DNA of 64,000 nucleotides from Octopus vulgaris (taxonomy: Eukaryota): positions 71,982,001-72,046,000 of the forward strand of contig OX597825.1 in assembly GCA_951406725.2 (NCBI GenBank), written 5' to 3'. Numbering within the stretch: position 1 is the stretch's first letter; every line of letters begins with the position of its first letter. Below the pieces are notes generated by a model. That model was not told where the DNA came from, did not search any database, and worked only from the letters and a program-made list of their open reading frames with translations. Below, piece after piece: positions 14,048 through 26,570 of the stretch. The position numbers and the translations under genes were made by a program.

Positions 14048-14668
14048 GTAACAAAATAAAAATGGGTGGCTTATTAGCAATTAGAACCTAAAGGCAAAAT
14101 TAATAGAGGTCCCAAAAGTGACAGTGGGTACTGACTAGCACCTCTTTTGCTAGAAATGAGATTTAAAACAACTCAAAAGCCACAAACGCACTGTCTGACG
14201 AAGGGAGGTAAGTCCCCAGCGTACATTGTCGGATCGCGATTTTGGATTTCGATATAGACAGTGCTTTTGTGGCTTTTTGAGTTGTTTTAACTCTTATTTT
14301 TAGCAAAAGTGATGCTAGTCAGCAACCTCTGTCACTTTTGGGACCACTATTAATTTTGTCTTTAGGTTCTAATTGATAATAAGCTACCCTTTTTAATTTA
14401 TTGTTTACACTTTTGCCGTTTTGAAAATCAACACATATTTTCAACGGTTTTTCTTGTACGACTAACAGAGGAGGTCGAGTTTAACCCTAGGCGTTAAGAG
14501 TCACCAATGAGGATTAAGATAGTCTTCATCAAAATTCGAAATCGTGATCCGTCTATGTACACTGGGGACTTATCTCCCTTCATCAGTCTTTAGACAGTGC
14601 TTTCGTGGCTTTTGAATTGTTTTAACTCTAGTTTTTAGCTAAAGCGGTGCTACCCTCTGTCACTTTTA
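14048..14668. repeat. Fold-back plus partial direct copy (inverted/tandem pLTR-like arrangement)
   Basis: Arms 14048-14196 and 14256-14408; third copy at about 14535-14668; contains CTGACGAAGGG / CTGATGAAGGG hammerhead half-cores. Confidence 0.82.
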
Positions 14669-14704
14669 CATACATACGTACATACATACATACACATACA
14701 TATG

Positions 14705-14769
<65 letters not shown>

Positions 14770-14812
14770 TATGAAAGAATGGAGTTGAACGACTAGTTAA
14801 CAAATATCCTTT

Positions 14813-14897
14813 ATTCTCGACATATGTTTCGAAGGCTGCATATTCCTAATTCCGAAGGAATAAGGAGTACATTATGCAGATTTCTCATCAGGAAAAT
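14813..14897 (-). ncRNA. Type-I hammerhead ribozyme, canonical core
   Basis: Minus strand: attttc-CTGATGA-gaa..ctgcata..tatgcag..ttc-GAAAC ATAT GTC-gagaat; predicted cut between 14819 and 14818; cassette 14767-14918 lies between (TA)n runs. Confidence 0.88.
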
Positions 14898-14916
14898 CAA
14901 GGAACTTATCAAGGAA

Positions 14917-14990
<74 letters not shown>

Positions 14991-15026
14991 GATATATAGA
15001 TATATATATATATATGTATATATATA

Positions 15027-15210
15027 ACGGGAAAGTTTACGAAAATAAACAAAAGACGAAGGCAGGTGGAGTACAAACAAACAAATGTATTAGTATGGTG
15101 CTCAGAAATAGAAATAGAAAAATTCTTTTACGTTTCGAGCCTACGCTCTTCGACAGAAAGATACACAGAAAAAAACAAGGAGAAAAACAAGGAGAGAAAA
15201 AAATGAGAGA
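15027..15210 (-). mobile_element. Solo PLE pLTR fragment containing a minimal HHR-like motif (15124-15161)
   Basis: Near-identical to the reverse complement of 58835-59011; tcttt-CTGTCGA-agagcgtaggctc-GAAAC GTA-aaaga. Confidence 0.8.
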
Positions 15211-15254
15211 AAAAAAGGACCTCTCCTACACGGATCAAAGTGACTTTGTTATTG

Positions 15255-15304
<50 letters not shown>

Positions 15305-15471
15305 TCAACTCACCAGATGACTTAAGTGGGCTACTAGGAAAATTTTAAAAGTATAAATTAATTAGAAGTATTTTTTTTTTCAAATCTGAATAAGAATAGT
15401 TAAAACGGGAAGATAAATCATAAGGAAAAAAAAAACACCCATCCAAACATGCACGCACACACACACACTCA

Positions 15472-15517
<46 letters not shown>

Positions 15518-15947
15518 GAGTGGTTTACGCCGATGAAATTAAAAGAGCTGCTTAACCGCCTGTCCTACAACCCTTCCCGCCTGTCTTACACCCTTCCCGC
15601 CCTGGGGCTTTTATGTATTGTACTGTAGTTTAACAACAGCTGGCACACTAGACAGTGACACCTACACGTGCAGAGTTACACACAAACACACATACAAGAA
15701 GAAAAAAAAATACATAATCGCGTCATGAAGATCCTCGCTTGGTCGTACGAAGTGCTGGAAATAATAGTAACATTTCCCTGAAATCCCACGCTTCCTTCAT
15801 AAGAAAAGGAATTACAAGAGTGCGCATTCGACGAACTTAATGTTAGATAATGCGAACAGCAGCAAAAAACAGCAGCATTAGAGCAAAATTAGTAACAGCA
15901 GCAGTGACAGCTGCAGCAGCAGCACCAGTAGCAGCAACAGCAGCAGT

Positions 15948-16290
15948 GGAGGCGCAATGGCCCAATGGTTAGGGCAGCGGACTCGCGGTCGGACGATCGC
16001 GGTTTCGATTCCCAGACCGGGCGTTGTGTGTGTTTATTGAGCGAAAACACCTAAAGCTCCACGAGGCTCCGGCACGGTGTGGTGGCGACCCCTGTTGTAC
16101 TCTTTCGCTACAACTTTCTCTCACTCTTTCTTCCTGTTTCTTGTCCCCGACGTCCTACGCAACCGCTGAGCCTGGATGCGCATTCATCCATCCGTCGATG
16201 CTCTCGGTGTCGTGGGGTTGACCCGCTTTCTCTTCTGCGGGTCTTACGAACAGCAAAGGACCACGTTTCGGACTTCTCCCACTCTGGGAA
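15948..16290 (+). mobile_element. tRNA-derived SINE family C, copy 1
   Basis: tRNA-like head ggaggcgcaatggccc..tggttagggcagcggactcgcggtc..ggtttcgattccc (A and B boxes). Confidence 0.8.
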
Positions 16291-16467
16291 GAAGACCGCT
16301 TCGCTCAACAAACAAACAAAACAACAGCAGCAACAACTACAACAACAAAATCTGTAGAAGAAGTAACAATGAAAACACGTATAGGAAATAGATAAATTAA
16401 TTCACACCCATGTCGTAAAACGCACGACGTCATTATATTAATGTATATAACCATATAACAGATGTGT

Positions 16468-16830
16468 GGGAGCGCAATGGCCCAGTGGTTAGGGCAGCGG
16501 ACTCGCGGTCGTAGGATCGCGGTTTCGATTCCCAGACCGGGCGTTGTGAGTGTTTATTGAGCGAAAACACCTAAAGCTCCACGAGGCTCCGGCAGGGATG
16601 GTGGTGATCCTTGCTGTACTCTTTCACCACAACTTTCTCTCACTCTTACTTCCTGTTTCTGTTGTACCTGTATTTCAAGGGGCCGGCCTTGTCACTCTCT
16701 GTGTCACGCTGAATATCCCCGAGATACACGTGTCTGTGGAGTGCTCAGCCACTTACACGTTAATTTCACGAGCAGGCTGTTCCGTTGATCGGATCAACCG
16801 GAACCCTCGTCGTCGTAACCGACGGAGTAC
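16468..16830 (+). mobile_element. SINE family C, copy 2
   Basis: Same head; apparent TSD ataacagatgtgt. Confidence 0.82.
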
Positions 16831-16891
16831 TTCCACACATAACAGATGTGTGTGCGTCTATTCATTTATACATGCATATGTGTGTAACTAT

Positions 16892-17123
16892 GGAGGCGCA
16901 ATGGCTCAGTGGTTATTGAGCGAAAACACCTAAAGTTCCACGAGGCTCCGGCAGTGGGTGGTGGCGACCTCTGTTGTACTCTCTCTTACTGTTTCTTGAA
17001 TAAAGCTTGAATAAAGCTGCGATGGACTGGCGTCCCGTCCAGCTGGGGAGGGGGGATACATACGCCACAGAAACCGGGAAACCGGGCCCATGAGCCTGGC
17101 TAGGCTTGAAAATAAAGATAAAA
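16892..17123 (+). mobile_element. SINE family C, copy 3 (internally deleted head)
   Basis: Same 5' end; apparent TSD tgtgtgtaacta. Confidence 0.78.
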
Positions 17124-17137
17124 GTGTGTGTAACTAG

Positions 17138-17184
<47 letters not shown>

Positions 17185-18055
17185 TACGTAGCAGCCATAC
17201 AATCATGTCAAATTGACTCCTTTTACTTCGTAGAATGAAAAAAATAATGATGAGCAGCCTTAATCGATGCTCGACCCTTTTTGATGTCTCATTAGATATT
17301 TCTGCGTCACTCGAGCTATCTTAGAGGAACGAGTAACCAATTCATTTATATACACGTTAAACCTAGAAGCTTAAAAAAACTGGTGCTACTAATTTGTATA
17401 CTGTATGCGTTTAACGTATTTTATATTACAGGTCTATGAACTGGGAACCCACTCCACACAGCATTTGCAAATCTGCATCACTTTTTCAGAGGAGTGGAAA
17501 AAATTATCCTAAAAAACAAACGTTCGGATGCCTGTGTCCTATGAACTAAGCATCCGAACGATTAAGAACATTTCTCCCATTTCTGTGAACGAACACCTTT
17601 CTCTATCAATAATTACATACATAACATACATACATGCATACATACATACATACATACATACATACATACATACATACATACATACATACATACATGTACA
17701 CTCACAGACACACACACATACACACACATGCTCACGCACTCCCGTATGTATGTATGCATGAATATAAATATGTATGTATTTAAGTGTGTGTACGTATATT
17801 TACGTATGTTGTCTCTATGGACATCAATAAATAGAAGTGAAGATAATTAAGATAATTAAGATGCAAATGAGCGTGCCATAAATAAATAAAGGAAGGAAAG
17901 AAAGAAAGAAAGAAAGGAAAAAAGAAAGGAAAAAAGAAAGAATGAAAGAAAGAAAGAAAAAGAAAATAAAGGAATGTTAGTAACCGAGCAGAATGGACGA
18001 GGAGGCCTCTATATAGTCACTTAACTTGGTAGAAATAGCAGCGAAGTTTCCTTAA

Positions 18056-19470
18056 CCCCTTGACGAAGGATTCGAAGGATGTGAAACTCTGCTCCGGTTT
18101 TTTTATCTTATAAGGCCACACAAACACAAAAGTGCCAACGAGCTCGCGTCTATTTACGTTCACCGTTACAATAACATCGCGTCGTACATTTACGTCTACC
18201 AGTTTATGAAAACAAATTATGTGAAGCTATTTATCATAATATGATATGCACGAGTTATTCTGCTCAAGTTCAAAAAATAGCTTGCGTATAGTAGAACTCA
18301 AAACACGGTATTATGCAAAGGGACACATCACAGTCCGGACAACGATATCTGGTTTTGCGCCTACGGTGGTGTGAGGTGCATACAACACACTTCCATGCCG
18401 GATTCTGCTTTTTTTTTCCGTTGGCGGTATGAAGCGCAGGAAAATATCCACGTCGGTTCCGAAGCCGGTTTGGAGTCGGTCGAGCGTGAGGATGTCCACG
18501 CCTTCGTTAGTTGGGCAGCTAGGAAACTTCGATAATTTCATTTATCGAGTCCAGTTGCTTCGCCACCCGGCATTCGCCAGATCAGATGTGTGTTCACGAG
18601 TGCCATATCCACAATGTACAAAAATATATATTTTATACCATTTTTCCGAATCTTCGTGCAGATTTGTGCGTGATAGCCAGCTGATCGGATCTATCCACCC
18701 CACTTATTGCTCTGTTGTAGTCCTGTACAACATCGGGTTTTATGATGGGGTCCCCTGCACGATTTCGTTTGCCAGTTTCAGACATTGCAGCAGAATGTAT
18801 CGTACTCAGCATGGTCAGATACTTTCTGTCTCGCCAGACCAACGCCAGGTGACGTCGAACTGTCCGTCGAACGGTATGCAAATTAAGGCGGCGAGCTGGC
18901 AGAAACGTTAGCACGCCGGGCGAAATGCTTTGTGGTATTTCGTCAGCCGCTGCGTTCTGAGTTCAATTTCCGGAGGTTGACTTTGCCTTTCATCCTTTCG
19001 GGGTCGATAAATTAAGTACCAGTTACGCACTGGGGTCGATATAATCGACTTAATCCGTTTGTCTGTCCTTGTTTGTCCTCTCTGTGTTTAGCCCCTTGTG
19101 GTTAGTAAAGAAATAGGTATGCAAATTCTCTTTTCTCAAGTTTCCAGATAGTGGGGCATATTCCTCCTGAAAGCGCGGACCGTCCCACTGGCGTTTGTTC
19201 TCCTGGCCTGCAAGTTGGGACTGGAAAACCAGTTATCCATATAAATGTTATACCCTTTGTCAAACAGTTCGTCATTCAATGGCATGACGACATTAGTTGA
19301 TGCTAGAACGTCCGCGACCCTGTCCTCGCCAGTATATATATTCTATAGTTCCAGGTAAAGCCACGTGCAACACCGGATGACTGACAAACTTTATATACTT
19401 TCACTCCAATGCGCACACGTTTTGTAGGGTTGTACCGTCTGAATCGCAACCGCCCCTTGAATTTCCAGGA
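18056..19470 (-). mobile_element. Decayed piggyBac (PGBD-like) transposon
   Basis: Minus-strand remnants KFKGRLRFRRYNPTKR, FDKGYNIYMDNWFSS and VVQDYNRAISGVDRSDQL; TTAA|CCCC at 18052-18059 is the probable end. Confidence 0.82.
18885..19115 (+). mobile_element. SINE family B inserted into the piggyBac
   Basis: Head aaggcggcgagctggcagaa; direct repeat ggtatgcaaatt at 18873-18884 and 19116-19127. Confidence 0.88.
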
Positions 19471-20113
19471 AAGTTCCGAGGAAGGGAAATAATTAATTCC
19501 TTGAAAGTTCGGAGGAGAGGGAAGAAGGGGAGTAATTGCTTCCTGGAAAGTTCCAAGGAAGAGGAGGAATTACTTCCTGGAATGCTCCAAAGAGGGGGAA
19601 GAGTTAAATCCTGGAAAGTTCCGAGGAGGGAGGAAAGGGTGTAATTATTTCCTGGAAAGCTCCGATGAGGTGTGAAAAGGAAGGACCGAGGAGTGGGAGG
19701 AATTCCTTCCTGGAAAATTCCGAGGAGGGGGAGTAATTCCTTCCGGGAAAGTTTCTGGAAAGTTCCGAGGAGGAAGAATTACTTCTTGGAAAGTTCATCC
19801 TGGGAGAAGGAATTACTTCCTGGAAAGTTCCGAGGGCAGGAGGAAATACTTCCTAGAAAGTTCCTAGGAGGTGGAGGAATTACATCCTGGAAAGTTCCGA
19901 TGAGGGGAGGAAGAGGAGTAATTACTTCCTCGAAAGTTCCGAGGAAGGGGAGGAATTTCTTTCTGAAAAGTTCCTAAGAAAAGGAAGAATTAAATCCTGG
20001 AAAGTTCCGAGGAGCGGAGGAAGGGGAGTAATTACTTCCTGGAAAGCTCCGAGGAGGGTGAGGAAGGGAAGTACCGAGGAGTGGGATGAATTCCTTCCTG
20101 GAAAGTTCCGAGG
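19465..20113. repeat. Purine-rich minisatellite, unit about 30-45 bp (ggaaagttccgagga...aattacttcct)
   Basis: About 16 imperfect copies by eye. Confidence 0.88.
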
Positions 20114-20244
20114 ATGTATTAGTTTAACGCTCGGGAAGTGAGAAAGTCTTTTACGTTTCGAGCCTACGCTCTTCGGCAGAAAGGAACACAGAAATAAACA
20201 AGGAGAGAAAATAAAAAGGTTTAGTGACTAGCGATCTATCATGG

Positions 20245-20248
<4 letters not shown>
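20114..20248 (-). mobile_element. PLE pLTR fragment with minimal HHR-like motif (20148-20183)
   Basis: cttt-CTGCCGA-agagcgtaggctc-GAAAC GTA-aaag. Confidence 0.72.
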
Positions 20249-20313
<65 letters not shown>

Positions 20314-20416
20314 TTTTTCTTTTATTCTTATACTTCTTTCAGTTATTTTGACTGTGGCCATGTTGGAGCACCGCCTTTTAGTCGAAAAAATCGACCCTTG
20401 TACTTATTCTTTGTAT

Positions 20417-20580
20417 AGGCGCAGGCGTTGCTGTATGGTAAGAAGCTTGCTTTCCAACCACATGGTTCCGGGTTCATTCCCACTGCATGGAAGCTTGGGC
20501 AAGTGTGTTCTATTGTAGCCTTGGGCTGAAACGCCTTGTGAGCAGATTTGATAGACGGAAACTGAAAGAGGCCCGTCGTA
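20417..20580 (+). mobile_element. SINE family A, 5' half
   Basis: Head homology. Confidence 0.8.
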
Positions 20581-20584
20581 TATA

Positions 20585-20669
<85 letters not shown>

Positions 20670-20679
20670 TTTTTAAGTC

Positions 20680-20802
<123 letters not shown>

Positions 20803-21414
20803 GCATATATATATATATATATATATGTGACTTAAAATATATATTTAGATAATAATTCTATCAGGTGGTGCTATTAAGTTAGACAAGGCCTGGACCAATC
20901 TTTGGTCGAAACATATCTAAGTTTTATCTAAGTCTTACATATAGGGATTTTTTAAATCATTTTTTATTATTATATTACTTTTCTTCTTACTTTCTTCCCC
21001 TTCTTCTCTCTCTTTTTTCTCTTTCTTCATTCCTCTTTTCCTGTTTTCGATTTAATCCTACTAACACACTCCCTATTTTTAGGTCACTTTAACTAAAAAC
21101 CTTTGACTCTACAACGCTGTGTATAAATTCTGTACTTGGAATGACCAAGTTTAAATACCGCAGGATCTCACTCATAAAGTATTGAAATCTTACTACATTG
21201 TATATAAACTCTATATTTGGAAGGTCCCATTTTAAATTCTGTAGGATTTTACTCATAAGATATTGGAATCTTACATATATACCATTCTGCCTAAAAAATG
21301 GATCTACAACTTCAATATCCCTACACATCTTGCATCTATTTTCTTTCCTCCACCTCACTCTCAATTTTGTATTTCTATCTAAACTATCTATTTACTTAAC
21401 AATCCTCTCACACC

Positions 21415-21466
21415 GTCTCCGATGAAGGGTTAGGGTTAGGAAATATCCTGGAAACAGCTGTAAGAT
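21415..21466 (+). ncRNA. Type-I hammerhead-like motif (core CCGAUGA, GUA cleavage)
   Basis: gtct-CCGATGA-agggt..atcct-g-GAAAC AGCT GTA-agat; palindromic stem III ACAGCTGT. Confidence 0.6.
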
Positions 21467-21503
21467 CTTCTATGGTTTTTTTTTATCTCATTACGCAAGA
21501 AAT

Positions 21504-21542
<39 letters not shown>

Positions 21543-21569
21543 CATACAAACAGATATGTAGATGGACAA

Positions 21570-21658
<89 letters not shown>

Positions 21659-21897
21659 CAGGTAGATAGATAGATAAGGTTATAATAATATATATACGCA
21701 CATCAATATATTAACTCATATTTATAAAAATAAAATATATGTAACTAAAATATTACAAATACCTTAAGTAAAGTTTAAACCAGAATAAATCAATATATTT
21801 ATACATTAAAAATAAACACACAAACACATACATATCCCGTACACAACAAACATATTTACGTTTATATTCATGTTTGAATATATTTGTATGTGCATAT

Positions 21898-21989
<92 letters not shown>

Positions 21990-22012
21990 GAAGACAGAGA
22001 CAGAGACAGAAA

Positions 22013-22091
<79 letters not shown>

Positions 22092-22195
22092 ATATTTATG
22101 TGTGATAGATAGATATTGATGTATAGATAGCTGGGTAGATAGACAAAGTGATAAAGTTATTTATGTCTGTAAATTTATATATGTGCATATATACG

Positions 22196-22239
<44 letters not shown>

Positions 22240-22241
22240 TC

Positions 22242-22336
22242 TACGGACGCACGTTTCGAAATCAAGTTTTTAGGAAAGCATAAGAATTAAATATTAAATA
22301 ATTCTACCTTACCCAAACTTCTTTCTCTTCAGCGTA
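22242..22336 (-). ncRNA. Type-I hammerhead ribozyme, canonical core
   Basis: Minus strand: tacg-CTGAAGA-gaaa..aagttt..agaatta..taattct..aaactt..tttc-GAAAC GTGC GTC-cgta; the whole insert 22236-22344 lies between (TA)n. Confidence 0.88.
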
Positions 22337-22343
22337 TTCTACG

Positions 22344-22412
<69 letters not shown>

Positions 22413-22646
22413 CATATATACATATATATATATACACACAAACATACATACATACATATATATATGTAAATACACACGCGCCCACACACACGCACACACA
22501 TATTATTTGTTGATATATATGCGACTCAAGGGCTTCACCCCTCGTGGACTAGCGCAAAACCTATACTCGGGTCACTTATGTATCTAATAATGAACCATTT
22601 AATTTCTAATTTATAAATTGAGATCTATAATTTTATTTTGTGCCAC

Positions 22647-22724
<78 letters not shown>

Positions 22725-22728
22725 GTCC

Positions 22729-22763
<35 letters not shown>

Positions 22764-22982
22764 ATTGTAGGAGTTATGTGGGTCAAGATGTATGTGTTTG
22801 TGTGTGTGCGTGTGTGAGTGTGATTGTGCGTGTGAGAGTAGGTGTATGAACAAATTAATTTTGTAGTACATATATCTATATATCTATAATATATATATCA
22901 GTATATTTATAAGGACTCACAGTGTATGTATACATATAAGTACATACATGCATGAATATGTCTATATTTGTATGTATACGTG

Positions 22983-23065
<83 letters not shown>

Positions 23066-23078
23066 GTAAATATATGTC

Positions 23079-23165
<87 letters not shown>

Positions 23166-23302
23166 TATACACACGCACCTACGTCGATACGCACATTTTT
23201 AGACCTACATGTCCCTTATATACATACATAAAAACATATATATATATATATATTATATAAGTATATCTATTTATCTATCTATATCTATATCATATATATA
23301 TA

Positions 23303-23383
<81 letters not shown>

Positions 23384-23460
23384 ATATGTGTGTGTTCATG
23401 CGTGTGCGTGTGTGTGTGTATATGTGTATGTATGTATGTATCTGTGTGTATTTCGCAACC

Positions 23461-23507
23461 AAAACTGTCCGACGGACGGGAACGTGAAACTCTGAGTAAC
23501 AGGTTTT
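23461..23507 (+). ncRNA. Degenerate hammerhead-like motif
   Basis: aaaactgt-CCGACGG-acg ggaa cgt-GAAACT CTG AGTA-acaggtttt; stems intact, two core changes. Confidence 0.45.
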
Positions 23508-23621
23508 GTCATGCCTTTGCAGTTTTATTCATAAAGCATATTACTCTATCTCCGGTACTCAAGTACTGTTTCTTCCACCTTGCTTCACATTTATGCGCGT
23601 ACTCTACTCTGATATATATAC

Positions 23622-23699
<78 letters not shown>

Positions 23700-23701
<2 letters not shown>

Positions 23702-23832
23702 GACAGGCTTCTTTGAGTTTCCGTTTACCAAATCCACTCTCAAGGCTTTTGTCGGCCCGAGGTGCCACGCAGTGGGACTGAACCCGGATCTATGTGGTTG
23801 GTAAGTAAGCTGCCTACACAGCCACCCCTGTA

Positions 23833-23835
<3 letters not shown>
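23700..23835 (-). mobile_element. SINE family A, 5' part
   Basis: Homology. Confidence 0.75.
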
Positions 23836-23879
<44 letters not shown>

Positions 23880-23881
<2 letters not shown>

Positions 23882-24432
23882 CACCTGCGTTCTAACTTGT
23901 ATTTGTAATTATAATGGGGTTTAATTCGACCCCGATTAGAGCCTTAATTCATTATACCTTTCAATTTCTCCTTTCGCCTCAGTGTCACTTGACCACTTCC
24001 AGTTGCTCTCCTATTTTTAATTTTCGGTTTAGACAAATTACTTTTCGGTTTAACGAAGTTATAAAATTATCCTTATATAGCTCAAAACTTAACTCGTCCT
24101 GTCGAAAAGACGCTTGTCCTGACGTCCTGGTTTTGTTGTTATTATTATTATCATTGTTTTTACGTATTTTTGTATTCTTATGCGTGTAACATCGTCCGTT
24201 TTTCCTTCTTTGTATTGTATACATTCGAGGCTTTCTTCCAAGGAATCTAATGCGCTTGGCTTAGATTTTCCTTTGGGGCTGGCCAGATCGGAGCAATCTC
24301 AAGATTAATCAGCCGAAATTGCGAGGATGATCCGGTTCTTGACTGAAGATTGAAGGCTTCGAATGTCCCGTCCGTGTTTTTTGTGTCGTCTTCTAAATGT
24401 TTTGCGTTCTTATCCTAGTTTGTATTTTTTTA
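23880..24432. mobile_element. Unclassified TA-flanked interspersed element
   Basis: 550 bp of complex sequence bounded by (TA)n; partly related to the reverse complement of 59945-60100. Confidence 0.4.
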
Positions 24433-24479
24433 CATATATATATATAGCGACGCACGTACCCTTTTGTCTTATATGCAAG

Positions 24480-24529
<50 letters not shown>

Positions 24530-24732
24530 ACCTCGTGTGTACCGTTGGCGATTTTTTCCCTCTGTCTTCCCTTCTCTGGATCTTTCCTTCTCCTATGTTT
24601 CCGACGAAGAGCTCCGCTCAAAACGTTAAACCCTCCTTCTTTCCTTCTTTCCTTAGCACCCAATAATACTATATTTGTTCCACGTCCTCGCGTTGTTGTG
24701 TTTTTTTTTGTGCTTTCTTGTTTGGATTAACT
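24530..24732 (+). mobile_element. About 200-bp pLTR/retrozyme-like cassette with minimal HHR-like motif (24597-24631)
   Basis: Near-identical to 32131-32331 and 33038-33228; gttt-CCGACGA-agagc tcc gctc-(A)AAAC GTT-aaac. Confidence 0.75.
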
Positions 24733-25339
24733 ATATATATATATGTATGTACAAAACCTACATACATGTGCACATATCTTCAGGCTCCTGTGGTGAACAT
24801 CATCGATGCTGTACTGCCTTTACTATTTCATTTTACTGCTAATTACCACGTTATCTCTGTTCCCGGCTTCTCAGTATTCTACACGACTATCTTTATTCAA
24901 TAACTAATTGGGCCTCAGCATAAAATGAATTAACTCGTGATTTGCGCAGATTAAATAGGAAAATGTAATCTAGTTGATCGAGCTATCTAATGCAAGTTGG
25001 TTTGATATTAATTGCACAAACACACACACACACATGCTCAAACCCATCCACCTACTCACCCACACGCGGACACACACGCACGCACACACATAGACACACA
25101 CACACACGCACTCGTACACATACATACATGACAGTGAAACGGACACGCTCCTTACAAATACACACATTACTCGTTTCTCTCTCGTGTATCTTTGAGTGCG
25201 TACGTGTGTATATATACACATGCATCTGTATATATGTAATATATGTATGCGTGAATGTATGTATATTTACATGTCTGTGTTTACACACACACACACACAC
25301 CCACACAACCCCCCCCACACACACAAACATATCTCTTTG

Positions 25340-25560
25340 ACTCTTTTACTTGTTTCAGCCATTTGACTGCGGCCATGCTGGAGCACCGCATTTAGTCGAG
25401 CAAATCGACCCCGGGAATTATTCTTTGTAAGCCCAGTACTTATTCTATCAGTCTCTTTTGCCGAACCGCTAAGTTACGGGGGCGTAAACACATCAGCATC
25501 TGTTGTCAAGCGATGTTGGGGGGACAAACACAAACACACAAACACGCACACACACACACA
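25340..25560 (-). mobile_element. SINE family A, 3' half
   Basis: Homology. Confidence 0.8.
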
Positions 25561-25781
25561 CACATATATACATGCTATAAGTACTTAGGCATTGATGAAA
25601 ACACATTATGCGAAACTCCTATGAATAAAGACAGAGTGACCCGAGAGTATTACGCCAGTCTTAGAAAAATATGGCTGTCGGAAATTTTTTCCAACAAAAT
25701 AATATCCCACAATGCATTTGCAGTACTGATTCCAACATTTGTGCTGCTTGACTGCTCTGTGGAGAAATCCACTCTGTAGAC

Positions 25782-25997
25782 CAGTGCTTTTCAACCTTTT
25801 TGCTGGAGCGGAACCCCAAGGAAACATTCCACTGGCTCGAGGAACCCCTGTGCAATAATTTAATAGTCTTATGCACACATATCTGCACAGGAGAAATAAA
25901 AATTACTGCCGATATTAGCAGTTTTGTAACTTCTTACGGAACCCCTGGACTGTACTGGCGGAACCCTAAGGTTCTACGGAACCCTAGTTGAAAACCA
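25782..25997. mobile_element. hAT-type MITE
   Basis: Ends cagtgcttttcaac / gttgaaaaccag; internal ggaaccc repeats. Confidence 0.65.
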
Positions 25998-26291
25998 GAA
26001 ATAGTGATATTGAAAGACTGTATTCAAGAAGAGCTGAAGAAGGTAGATTAGTGCAAGCAGCCTTCGATTATCGTACAGACACTCTCAGACAGCAGTTCCT
26101 AAACAACAACAACATCAGAAATAAGTACATTAACTTAATGCTGAAAAATGAAGACAACAATATCGTACACGTTGACAGAGAGTTCTTCAGAAAGCACTCC
26201 CTTCCTGAAGACCGCCAATACAACCCCAAAACAGTAGACCTGGATATGAAACGCGCAGTATACCAAAAACAAAGGAGGACCATGCATACTC

Positions 26292-26529
26292 CTTACTCTT
26301 TACTCTTTACTCTTTTACTTGTTTCAGTTATTTTGACTGCGGCCATGCTGGAGCACCGCCTTTAATCAAGCAAATCGACCCCGGGACTTATTCTTTGTAA
26401 GCCCAGTACTTATTCTATCGATCTCTTTTGCCGAACCACTAAGCGACGGGGACATAAACACACCAGCATCGGCTGTCAGCGATGTTGGGGGGGGGGGACA
26501 AACACAGACATACAAACTCATACACACGC

Positions 26530-26570
<41 letters not shown>

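Noticed and set aside
15948-16025. tRNA gene-like sequence
   Set aside because: SINE head: no proper acceptor stem, followed by SINE body, multiple copies
19465-20113. CRISPR-like repeat/spacer appearance
   Set aside because: Eukaryotic context; the spacers are purine-rich variants of each other and there are no cas genes
20890-20920. gaccaa/ttggtc-GAAACATATC
   Set aside because: 5' core absent
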